This document shows positions 27,628 to 36,259 of a stretch of DNA of 64,000 bases, one piece after another. Numbering within the stretch: position 1 is the first letter of the stretch; the number at the start of each line of letters is the position of its first letter. This stretch comes from an uncultured Pseudomonadota bacterium (GTDB taxonomy: Bacteria; Babelota; Babeliae; Babelales; CAIQNR01), in contig CAZSHB010000001.1 in the NCBI GenBank assembly GCA_964606885.1, positions 61,569 to 125,568 on the forward strand, written 5' to 3'. The notes below the pieces were generated by a model that ran no database searches, had not been told where the DNA came from, and saw nothing but the letters and a program-made list of their open reading frames with translations. The position numbers and the translations under genes are program-made.

Positions 27628-29223
27628 ATGGCAAAATATATCGTAGTCACCGGTGGCGTACTCAGTTCTGTAGGCAAAGGCATCGTAGCAGCATCAGTTG
27701 GTAAGATGTTACAAGAGCGAGGCGTTAACGTCGCAATTCAAAAACTTGATCCTTATATCAACGTTGACCCAGGTACCATGTCCCCCTATCAACATGGTGA
27801 AGTGTTTGTTACCGAAGATGGTGCAGAAACTGATCTTGATCTTGGACATTACGAGAGATTTCTTAACAGAAACTTACGTAAATCATGCAGCGTCACATCA
27901 GGCCAGATGTACGCACAAGTTATAGATAAAGAACGCAAAGGCGATTATCTCGGTGGCACCATTCAAGTTATTCCACACATTACTAATCAAATCAAAAGTG
28001 CCGTACAACACGCAGCAACAGATACCGGTTGTGAAGTACTCATTATTGAAGTTGGTGGCACAGTGGGCGATCTTGAAGGCGGACCTTTTTTAGAAGCATT
28101 ACGCCAACTCCAACACGATCTACCAAAAGAAGATCTTATTTTTATTCATGTTGCATGGCTCCCGTATGTGCAAGCAACACAAGAACTAAAAACAAAACCT
28201 GCGCAACACTCACTTAAAGAACTCCGCTCAATTGGTATTATTCCCAACATTGTTGTGGCACGTGCAGATCAACATATAGATAAAAGCTTGTGCACCAAGA
28301 TAGCGCTGTTTGGTAACATTAAACCTGAACATGTTATTCCACTGCACACAGAAAAAGCCACGTATAAAGTTCCATTAATTTTAGAAGAACAAGGCGTTGG
28401 TAACGCTATTGTACAGCTGCTTAATCTACACCCACGTATTACCTATCCATCATGGAACGTGTGGAAAGAGCTGATTGCTCAGATGGAAAAAACGCCAACT
28501 AAAACAGTCACTATTGGTTTAGTTGGTAAATATGTGTCACTTCATGATGCGTATATTAGTGTAACTGAAGCACTCTATCACGCAGGACGCGCTGTTGATG
28601 TAGGCATTCATATAAAGTGGATTGATGCACAAGATGTAACTGCAGAAACTGCGGGTCAGTTACTTGGTGATTGTGATGGTATTGTAGTTCCAGGTGGCTT
28701 TGGTGATCGTGCTGTTGAAGGCAAAATTGTTGCAGCACACTACGCTCGCACCCATAAAAAACCGTACTTAGGTTTATGCCTTGGTATGCAAGTTATGTGC
28801 ATAGAACTTGCACGCGCAGTTATTGCAAAGGACGCACACACCACGGAAATTAATCCAAAAAGTTCTACCCCTATTGTACATCTGATGGAATCGCAAAAGG
28901 ATGTCACACAAAAAGGTGGCTCAATGCGTCTTGGTGTGTACCCCTGCAAACTACTACCAGGGACTAAAGCTGCTGCTGCGTACAAACAAGACCTAATCCA
29001 AGAACGGCACAGGCATAGATTCGAATTTAATAACATTTATAGAAAACAGTTAGAAGATGCTGGTCTTATACTCAGCGGATTATCACCTGATGGATTATTA
29101 GTAGAAATTGTGGAACTTAAAGACCATCCATTTATGGTGGCAAGTCAGTTCCATCCAGAATTTTTATCCCGTCCTGGTAAACCTCACCCACTCTTTAAGG
29201 CATTTATAGAAAACTGTGTATAA
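27628..29223 (+). CDS. pyrG: CTP synthase
   Basis: N-terminal synthase domain (VTGGVLSSVGKG) and a GATase domain (LGLCLGMQ, HRHRFEFN). Confidence 0.95.
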   Translation: MAKYIVVTGGVLSSVGKGIVAASVGKMLQERGVNVAIQKLDPYINVDPGTMSPYQHGEVFVTEDGAETDLDLGHYERFLNRNLRKSCSVTSGQMYAQVIDKERKGDYLGGTIQVIPHITNQIKSAVQHAATDTGCEVLIIEVGGTVGDLEGGPFLEALRQLQHDLPKEDLIFIHVAWLPYVQATQELKTKPAQHSLKELRSIGIIPNIVVARADQHIDKSLCTKIALFGNIKPEHVIPLHTEKATYKVPLILEEQGVGNAIVQLLNLHPRITYPSWNVWKELIAQMEKTPTKTVTIGLVGKYVSLHDAYISVTEALYHAGRAVDVGIHIKWIDAQDVTAETAGQLLGDCDGIVVPGGFGDRAVEGKIVAAHYARTHKKPYLGLCLGMQVMCIELARAVIAKDAHTTEINPKSSTPIVHLMESQKDVTQKGGSMRLGVYPCKLLPGTKAAAAYKQDLIQERHRHRFEFNNIYRKQLEDAGLILSGLSPDGLLVEIVELKDHPFMVASQFHPEFLSRPGKPHPLFKAFIENCV

Positions 29224-29244
29224 CACAGTAAAAAATAGATAATG

Positions 29245-29276
29245 AAAAAAGCGCACCGTAAAAAGTGCGCTTTTTT
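29245..29276. terminator. Bidirectional rho-independent terminator
   Basis: aaaaaaGCGCACcgtaaaaaGTGCGCtttttt between convergent genes. Resembles the element at 31282-31313. Confidence 0.75.
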
Positions 29277-29298
29277 GTTGTATCACGTCATCAAACTA

Positions 29299-30276
29299 CT
29301 ATTTACCAATAACCCCTACAGCATGGGAAATTAATTCTGGAGCTTGTATAAGAATTGATAGATGTTTACCATGCGGAACAATTTCTGCCCTAACCATTCC
29401 CTTCTTATTACAAGAAGCAAAAGCAGTTACTTTTTCTGCATCAAATTGTTCATCTTGATCACCAATACACATAAAAGCGGGTTTATCTAACTGCTCAAAA
29501 AGCATAGCCGGTTTATAAGGCGTTGTGACCAAAGACATAGTATAAGAATAACTTGTAACTATACGTGGGTCACTCTTACGTACACTTTCTGGATAATCAA
29601 AAAAAACTGCTGGAATATGTTGAAATAATGGAACTTTAAATAATTGATTAAGAATATAAATCCATACTCGTACACTCTTAACAAAAGAATGAGCACCAAC
29701 ACGTTCAACACCTACATTAGGTCCAAGATAAGGAGATAACAAAACATACCCGGTATAAAGATCATCTCTTCGCTTTTCATACCCACTGTAATTAAGAAGC
29801 AAACCAGCCCCTGATGAATGACCAACTAGATAAATAGATGTTGTAGGATATTTTTCTCTAACTGCTTGAATAACTGTTGTGACATCTTGCAACACTTGTT
29901 CTACCGTAGGCGCATCACCACGTGCTCCTCCAGAACAACCATGACCACGAATATCAATAAAGTAACTACCAATATTAAAATCTTTCTCTAATCGCATACC
30001 AATAGACTGATAGCTTTTATTACTATAAAGACCTGCACCATGATAAAAAATTATTAAAGATGATGGATTCTTTGGAAGAAAAGAATAATAAGCTAACGGT
30101 ATACCATCTGTTGCTTGGGAAAAAGATGGCTTTTTCATAACAAATTCCGGAATTTCCGAAAGCTCTTTAAAAGAAAATGGCTCATTTTTCATAGTACACC
30201 CAACACTAAAGCTACTTATAGTTAAAAGAGTTACCAATAAGATACGATAATACTTATTCATCATGTTTACTTTCAT
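29299..30276 (-). CDS. Alpha/beta hydrolase (lysophospholipase/monoacylglycerol-lipase-like), probable lipoprotein
   Basis: Leader with SVGC lipobox, HGAG oxyanion motif, nucleophile elbow GHSSGA and a C-terminal His (PHGKHL). Confidence 0.7.
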   Translation of the reverse strand: MKVNMMNKYYRILLVTLLTISSFSVGCTMKNEPFSFKELSEIPEFVMKKPSFSQATDGIPLAYYSFLPKNPSSLIIFYHGAGLYSNKSYQSIGMRLEKDFNIGSYFIDIRGHGCSGGARGDAPTVEQVLQDVTTVIQAVREKYPTTSIYLVGHSSGAGLLLNYSGYEKRRDDLYTGYVLLSPYLGPNVGVERVGAHSFVKSVRVWIYILNQLFKVPLFQHIPAVFFDYPESVRKSDPRIVTSYSYTMSLVTTPYKPAMLFEQLDKPAFMCIGDQDEQFDAEKVTAFASCNKKGMVRAEIVPHGKHLSILIQAPELISHAVGVIGK

Positions 30277-30327
30277 CTATTACAAGCATTATAATCTGCA
30301 CTTTTATATGTGTAATCAACCATACAT

Positions 30328-31158
30328 TTAGTTCAATATAAGCGGTATATTAATCATAATGTCTTGCTCAGAAAACCCATCTGGAACTCCATCAAAGATT
30401 AAAAATGGAGCACGCTTATCATCGATTGGATATTCTAAATTATTTGTTCTCCATGCACCATAAATATAATGGTACGCTGATCCCAAATTATGCGGTTTAC
30501 CAGAAAAACGAAATCGAGCATATGAGCCAGCAGGCACTGTTAATTTCTCAAGTCCAGCTATAGGGTTAGCTAAAGCTATACCAGCACTAAACCTTACCTG
30601 ATCATCTACAACTGCACCATCATGAGGATTATCATGCGAGATACCCACCAACATACTGATCGCATCATCTTCAAACAATGATGGATGTACAATCTTCTTA
30701 AAGGCAGCCCACGCTTGTGGAGCACATTCAAAATATAAACCTTTTTTAGTAACCCCTTGAACGATCATTTCATCCAATTCAATAATTTCAGGTTCTTCCA
30801 AAATAGCTGCTTCAAGTTCATGTACCAGATGAAGCTTTTTCTTTCCTTCTAAGGGAGAATAACCAAACATCTGTTTAAAAGAACGAGAAAATGCTGAGTG
30901 ATCTTCAAACCCACTATTTAAGGCAACTTCAATAATAGTACTTTTTTGTCTGACCAATTCACTGAACGCATATTCCATACGCATTTTTCTCACAAAAGAT
31001 CCAACAGATTGGCCAACAGCTTCTTTAAAAAGTCGTTTAAGCGAAGACTCTGATATGTTTACCTCTTTAGCAATATCAGCTATCTCAAACGAACGATCAA
31101 TATTATCATGTATAAACTTTACCGCTTTGATAAAGTTATTTTTATTCATATAGCTCAT
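30328..31158 (-). CDS. AraC-family transcriptional regulator with GyrI-like effector-binding domain
   Basis: HTH_AraC (IADIAKEVNISESSLKRLFKE...FEDHSAFSRSFKQMFGYSP) plus a C-terminal GyrI-like/SOUL-type domain. ATG at 31158 is preceded by AAGAAGGA; the ORF-track TTG at 31245 is unlikely. Confidence 0.75.
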   Translation of the reverse strand: MSYMNKNNFIKAVKFIHDNIDRSFEIADIAKEVNISESSLKRLFKEAVGQSVGSFVRKMRMEYAFSELVRQKSTIIEVALNSGFEDHSAFSRSFKQMFGYSPLEGKKKLHLVHELEAAILEEPEIIELDEMIVQGVTKKGLYFECAPQAWAAFKKIVHPSLFEDDAISMLVGISHDNPHDGAVVDDQVRFSAGIALANPIAGLEKLTVPAGSYARFRFSGKPHNLGSAYHYIYGAWRTNNLEYPIDDKRAPFLIFDGVPDGFSEQDIMINIPLILN

Positions 31159-31281
31159 ATAACAATCCTTCTTATAAACTATGATTATACTTCTATAAGA
31201 CAGGATAACTTTAATAAAAAAAACTTTCTGTGCATTAAAGGTCAAATTATTGGATAAGCTGAACTAATAGGACTATTCAAT

Positions 31282-31313
31282 AAAAAAGCGCACTTTTTAC
31301 AGCGCGCTTTTTT
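31282..31313. terminator. Rho-independent terminator downstream of lon
   Basis: aaaaaaGCGCactttttacaGCGCGCtttttt. Confidence 0.7.
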
Positions 31314-31372
31314 GTTACTTTAGTAACAACCCGCCATAGCTACAAGCGACGGCTGGGTCGACTTATATTCAA

Positions 31373-33844
31373 CTACTTTTTAGCAGGCTTTTTCTTAACC
31401 GCTTTTTTCGTAGTTTTCTTAGCCGTCTTTTTAACAGTTGTTGTTTCTTTTCTACCAACAGGAGCAACTTTAAACGGATCATACTTAAGAACCGTTTTTA
31501 AAACTTCGTCCATATGTTTTGCATAGACCAACTCAAGACCTAAAGGCTTATCAAGCTCTTTCATAATTTCTTGAATATCATCTTTGTTATCAAACGGAAC
31601 AACTGCCAGCGTGTTACCATGTTGTTTTGCTGCAAGTAACTTTTCTTTTAATCCACCAACACCAATCACACGGCCACGCAGCGTAATTTCACCCGTCATA
31701 GCAACATGTGGTTTGATAGGATTTTTAGTTAACGCAGAAACAACAGCTGCACACATCGTAATACCTGCTGATGGACCATCTTTTGGTGTAGCACCTTCTG
31801 GCAAGTGAATATGAATATCTTTAGTGCTGTTAAAATTCTTAGGTAAATGGAGTTCTTGTGCACGTGAGCGAATATAACTGAGCGCAGCTTGTGCAGACTC
31901 TTGCATCACATCCCCAAGTTGACCAGTAAGCGTTACGCCACCTTTACCAGGAATAACAGACACTTCCGTTTCTAACACATCGCCACCAAACTCGGTCCAT
32001 GCTAAACCTGTTGCAAGACCCACTTGTTCTTCTTTTTCTAATTCTTGTTTCTTATAAACTGCATTACCAAGCCATTCACGCAACAACTCAAGCGTAACTG
32101 TGACGCTCTTAAGCTTTTTATCTTTCAGTAAACGCTGAATTGATTTACGCATAACTTTAGTAATTAAACGTTCTAGATTACGTACGCCCGCTTCTTTAGT
32201 GTATTCTTCAACCATAATATGAAGCACGTCATCAGAAATCTTAAATTGAGATGCATCTAAACCGTACTGTTCACGATTCTTAGGAATCAAGAACGATTTA
32301 GCAATCTCAAGCTTTTCACCCGTGGTATACCCAGACAAATGAATTACTTCCATACGGTCATATAATGGATACGGAATGCCTTCAACATGGTTTGCTGTTG
32401 CAATAAACATAACCTTAGAAAGATCGTATTCAATATCTAGAAAGTGATCGACAAATGTTTTGTTTTGTTCTGGATCAAGCACTTCAAGTAATGCTGATGC
32501 AGGATCACCATGCATATCCATCGCCATTTTATCAATTTCATCAAGCAAGATAACCGGGTTAATCGTGCTCGCTTTTTTCATAGCTTGGATAATTTTACCT
32601 GGCAATGCACCGATATACGTACGGCGATGACCACGAATTTCAGCTTCGTCTTTAATGCCACCAAGCGCAATACGCACAAATTCACGATCTAAACTTTGAG
32701 CAATAGCACTTGCTAATGATGTTTTACCCACACCAGGAGCACCAGCTAAACAGATAATTGGCGAACGTTTTAAATTCTTAGAAAACTTCTTTGCTGCTAA
32801 GAATTCGATAATACGTTCTTTAGCCTTTTTCAAACCCGCATGATCTTTGTTTAAAATCTTTTCTGCTTGAACAATACTCACTCTATCTTTGCTTTCTTTT
32901 GACCAAGGAAGTGATGCAATCCAATCAACATAGTTGCGACTGACTACTGCTTCAGAAGAAAGTGGTGGCATCTGTTCTAAGCGTTTTAATTCTTTATCAA
33001 CTTTTTCAAGCGCCTCTTTAGACGGTTTAAGGGCTTCTATTTTTTTACGTAGTTCTGCAAATTCACCCTGCTGATCTTCACGACCAAGCTCTTTGTGAAT
33101 CGCTTTAATTTGTTCGTTTAAATAATATTCGCGTTGATTTTTTTCTACTTGCGTTTGGATATGACCACGAATGCGCACTTCTACTTCAAGAATTTCCATC
33201 TCTTTTTTAAGATAGGTACTTACTTTAACTAAACGTTTTTTAAGATCTGCCATTTCAAGGAGCTCTTGGCGTTCATCAAACGTAAGATTCAAATGAACTG
33301 CAATAGTATCAACCGCATAATCGATATCAGTAATTTCTTTACCAAGCGCTAACAAATCTTGCGGAGCCTTTTCATTCAACTTTGCGTACGCAGTATATAA
33401 TGATTGAAAGGTCCTCCATGAAGCTTCAAACGATGCGTCGCGCTTGCTATCATCGTAGACAATGTCTTCACAATGAGCTCGTAAAAAACCTTCTGTATCA
33501 TCGCTTTCAACCATATGGCTACGACACAACCCCTCAACTAAAATCTTGAGTGATCCATTAGGCATACGCATCACTTGCAAGATGGTCGCTTTTGTACCAT
33601 ACGCATATACGTCGTCTGCCGTTGGATGTTCAAGATCCGGGTCTTTTTGTGCAGTAACAAAAACTAATTTCCCATCTTTTAAAGACGCTTCAACCGCCTT
33701 AATAGACGTTGGGCGCCCCACAATCACAGGAAGGATACTTTTGGGAAGCAGAACAACATTTTTAAGGGGCAATAAAGGATGTATTTCCTTTTCTTCTCTT
33801 AAAAATGCTCCTCGAGCTTGTTCCATTTCGTTAGGTATTGTCAT
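31373..33844 (-). CDS. lon: ATP-dependent Lon protease (LonA) with Lys-rich C-terminal tail
   Basis: LON N-domain, AAA+ (GAPGVGKTS, LLDEIDK) and a protease domain with PKDGPSAG. The extra tail is KKTAKKTTKKAVKKKPAKK. Confidence 0.95.
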   Translation of the reverse strand: MTIPNEMEQARGAFLREEKEIHPLLPLKNVVLLPKSILPVIVGRPTSIKAVEASLKDGKLVFVTAQKDPDLEHPTADDVYAYGTKATILQVMRMPNGSLKILVEGLCRSHMVESDDTEGFLRAHCEDIVYDDSKRDASFEASWRTFQSLYTAYAKLNEKAPQDLLALGKEITDIDYAVDTIAVHLNLTFDERQELLEMADLKKRLVKVSTYLKKEMEILEVEVRIRGHIQTQVEKNQREYYLNEQIKAIHKELGREDQQGEFAELRKKIEALKPSKEALEKVDKELKRLEQMPPLSSEAVVSRNYVDWIASLPWSKESKDRVSIVQAEKILNKDHAGLKKAKERIIEFLAAKKFSKNLKRSPIICLAGAPGVGKTSLASAIAQSLDREFVRIALGGIKDEAEIRGHRRTYIGALPGKIIQAMKKASTINPVILLDEIDKMAMDMHGDPASALLEVLDPEQNKTFVDHFLDIEYDLSKVMFIATANHVEGIPYPLYDRMEVIHLSGYTTGEKLEIAKSFLIPKNREQYGLDASQFKISDDVLHIMVEEYTKEAGVRNLERLITKVMRKSIQRLLKDKKLKSVTVTLELLREWLGNAVYKKQELEKEEQVGLATGLAWTEFGGDVLETEVSVIPGKGGVTLTGQLGDVMQESAQAALSYIRSRAQELHLPKNFNSTKDIHIHLPEGATPKDGPSAGITMCAAVVSALTKNPIKPHVAMTGEITLRGRVIGVGGLKEKLLAAKQHGNTLAVVPFDNKDDIQEIMKELDKPLGLELVYAKHMDEVLKTVLKYDPFKVAPVGRKETTTVKKTAKKTTKKAVKKKPAKK

Positions 33845-34203
33845 AATGAATTCCTGAGCTTATGAAGTTTTTAGAGTTTTACCATGTGGTCAGATTAGAT
33901 AAAGTTAAGCTTATTATACCAGAAAATATCTTGATATAGGGCGCTCATTAGCCTACCAGAGGCTATGCAATTAGTAAATGCGACCAAAGCCCGTCCTAGA
34001 AGTGGCTTTTTTAAAAAAAATCCGTAAAATGATTTGTTCTTCTTATTTTGATTATTCTCCCTTTAAGTAAAGCTTAACTTAAAGATGAAATGCAAAACAC
34101 GAAGAATCGTAATTTCAGGGCTAGTGTAAGTAGGTTGGGCATTGGTACTTGAACAGTAATTTATTAATCAGATTTTTCCACCTACAAAGAAAGGTATCAG
34201 CGT

Positions 34204-35532
34204 ATGATAAGCTTTTTAAGCGGATTTGAAAGCAAGCAAGAAAGACGCAAATTTAGTCTTTTAGCGGTTGTTTTCAGTTTAACTATTGGTGTTTACTGGC
34301 TATTTCGTCCAGTAAAAGACGGTGTGTTTTTAACCATGGTTGGAACTGACTGGCAGCCTCTAGTTAAGATTCTGTCTTTCTTTGTGGTTGTTCCTATTGT
34401 TTTCATCTACAGCAAGCTTGTTGATAGATTCCCTCGTCACAAATTGCTGTACGGTTTGTCTGTATTCTATGCAATCGCAACCGTTATTTTCGCATTTTTA
34501 ATTTTAAACCCTGTTATTGGTATTGCCAATACTGAAGCTTCTCCATGGCGTTTACTAGGTTGGACCTGGTACTTGTTTGTAGAAAGCTTTGGATCAGTTA
34601 TGGTTGCACTTTTCTGGTCTTTTGTTGCTGATACAACAACTCCAGATTCAGCTAAACGTGGTTATTCATTAATCGCGCTTGGTGGTCAACTTGGTGGTCT
34701 TATGGGGCCATTCGCTGGTGGTTACATTGCTGACCATTACGGCACAGGTTCAGCACTTTTATTTGGTGCAGCTGGCCTTATCGCATTAACAGTATCAGTA
34801 TGGTACTACATGCGTTCTATGCCAAAAACTGAAATGCAAGGTTTTGCAGCTCATGGTAAACCATTAGAAAGCAAAGCTGGCGAAACTAAATCTAAGCCTG
34901 GTTTTGGTGAAGGACTACGTCTTTTACTTACTAAGCCATACTTGCTTGGTATTTTCGCAGTTGTTTCATTCTACGAAATTATCGTTACTATCCTTGACTA
35001 TCAATTCAAAGTTCTTGCAGCAACAGAATATACTGGTGATGCATTGACTTCTTACTTGTCACAATTTGCTATGTGGACTAACGGTGTTGCATTAGCTTCA
35101 TTGTTACTTGGTGCAGGCGCAGTTGGTCGTAAGCTTGGCCTAACTCGCACCTTGTTACTCTTGCCTATTTTAATTGCAGTAGCAGTACTTGTTATGAGCT
35201 TTAACCCTGTGTTGAATATTGCATTCATGATCATGGTTATCAGCAAAGGTATTAACTACGCACTTAACCAACCAGCAAAAGAACAATTGTACATTCCAAC
35301 AAGCAAAGACTCGAAGTATAAAGCTAAAGCATGGATCGACATGTTCGGTTCTCGTTCATCAAAAGGCCTTGGTTCTATTGTAAATGGATTCAAAGGTATT
35401 GCTGGCGCAGAAATGTTCATGATCATCAGCGCAGCTGCTTCTCTTGGTATGATTGGTGTTTGGATTTTTGCAGCTCTCTTCTTGGGCCGCACTCATGCAA
35501 AAGCAGTCAAAGAAGACCGTCTTGTTTGCTAA
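34204..35532 (+). CDS. Nucleotide transporter, Tlc/NTT (ATP:ADP antiporter) family
   Basis: Polytopic, ~12 TM. The N-terminal RKF...W.FRPVKD block and the family block NYALNQPAKEQLYIPTSKDSKYKAKAWIDMFGSRSSKGLGS are typical of PF03219-type carriers as I recall them from Rickettsia and Chlamydia. Confidence 0.75.
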   Translation: MISFLSGFESKQERRKFSLLAVVFSLTIGVYWLFRPVKDGVFLTMVGTDWQPLVKILSFFVVVPIVFIYSKLVDRFPRHKLLYGLSVFYAIATVIFAFLILNPVIGIANTEASPWRLLGWTWYLFVESFGSVMVALFWSFVADTTTPDSAKRGYSLIALGGQLGGLMGPFAGGYIADHYGTGSALLFGAAGLIALTVSVWYYMRSMPKTEMQGFAAHGKPLESKAGETKSKPGFGEGLRLLLTKPYLLGIFAVVSFYEIIVTILDYQFKVLAATEYTGDALTSYLSQFAMWTNGVALASLLLGAGAVGRKLGLTRTLLLLPILIAVAVLVMSFNPVLNIAFMIMVISKGINYALNQPAKEQLYIPTSKDSKYKAKAWIDMFGSRSSKGLGSIVNGFKGIAGAEMFMIISAAASLGMIGVWIFAALFLGRTHAKAVKEDRLVC

Positions 35533-35559
35533 GCTTTTAGTTTAAGCATTTTTAGATAT

Positions 35560-35598
35560 AAAAAAATAAGGCAGGAAAAAATCCTGCCTTATTTTTTT
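35560..35598. terminator. Bidirectional rho-independent terminator
   Basis: aaaaaaATAAGGCAGGAaaaaaaTCCTGCCTTATttttttt. Confidence 0.8.
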
Positions 35599-35618
35599 AT
35601 CTAATTTTAAAAAGCATA

Positions 35619-35894
35619 TTAAAGAATTATACATCCTTTTTCATCATTTATCTTCATGCGTACATATGCTTCTTGATCCAAACCCATCACTTCATACATA
35701 TTTCTGTCTACCCACTCTCTTCTATACTCATCCTCTCGGCACTGCCGATCATGACTTGCTTGCAACTGTTCTAAGGCTTTTGTTTGTGCTTCCACTTGAG
35801 CCTTCAAAGCTTCTAATTGCTGAAAATTATCATTTGAGCTTGCACAAACCTGCATTGTCAAAACCAGTGCCGTTATAATAAGCATTTTTTTCAT
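35619..35894 (-). CDS. Small secreted coiled-coil protein with C-terminal CaaX box (CIIL)
   Basis: Signal peptide MKKMLIITALVLTMQVCASS and a helical heptad-like middle (QQLEALKAQVEAQTKALEQLQA). The last four residues are C-I-I-L then stop (Cys codon 35631-35633). Confidence 0.6.
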   Translation of the reverse strand: MKKMLIITALVLTMQVCASSNDNFQQLEALKAQVEAQTKALEQLQASHDRQCREDEYRREWVDRNMYEVMGLDQEAYVRMKINDEKGCIIL

Positions 35895-36184
35895 ATTTTT
35901 CCTTTCAGGAATGTTATCTTACTGTTACGTTTACCGACAGTCGATTATACAACATCAAACAACATTAACAATAATTATATTCATAATAAATCCTATTTGG
36001 ATCAATAATAGAGTGCCCTTTGCCCTGCCTTATTTGTTTTAATTTTCGCTATGGCAATTTATTCCTTTATGCTACACTGCTTTCTATACTAAAAAGTGTA
36101 AAAAATCGCCAAGGAATAACGATGTTTGAGTTGCCACATCATATCTTCTGTCAACATGTCCTGAGAGTAGTAGAGATAAAAAAT

Positions 36185-36229
36185 TAATAAGCTTTTCGTG
36201 CTTAAACGCGGAAAGCTTATTTTGTTGTT
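36185..36229 (+). promoter_or_regulatory. Orphan terminator-like hairpin in the 5' leader of the second NTT gene (possible attenuator)
   Basis: aATAAGCTTTTCGtgcttaaaCGCGGAAAGCTTATtttgttgtt: a ~12-bp stem with one mismatch plus a T-rich tail, 30 nt upstream of the ATG. No upstream same-strand gene exists for it to terminate. Confidence 0.3.
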
Positions 36230-36259
36230 AATAGTGTCGTTATAACAAAAAGGTCCTCT

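Noticed and set aside
33845-34203. A candidate small RNA (hairpin AGCCTaccagAGGCT and …GGCTTTTTT at about 33940-34015) between lon and the first NTT gene.
   Set aside because: The stems are short (4-5 bp). I see no match to SRP, 6S, tmRNA or RNase P conserved motifs. This cannot be supported without expression or covariation data.
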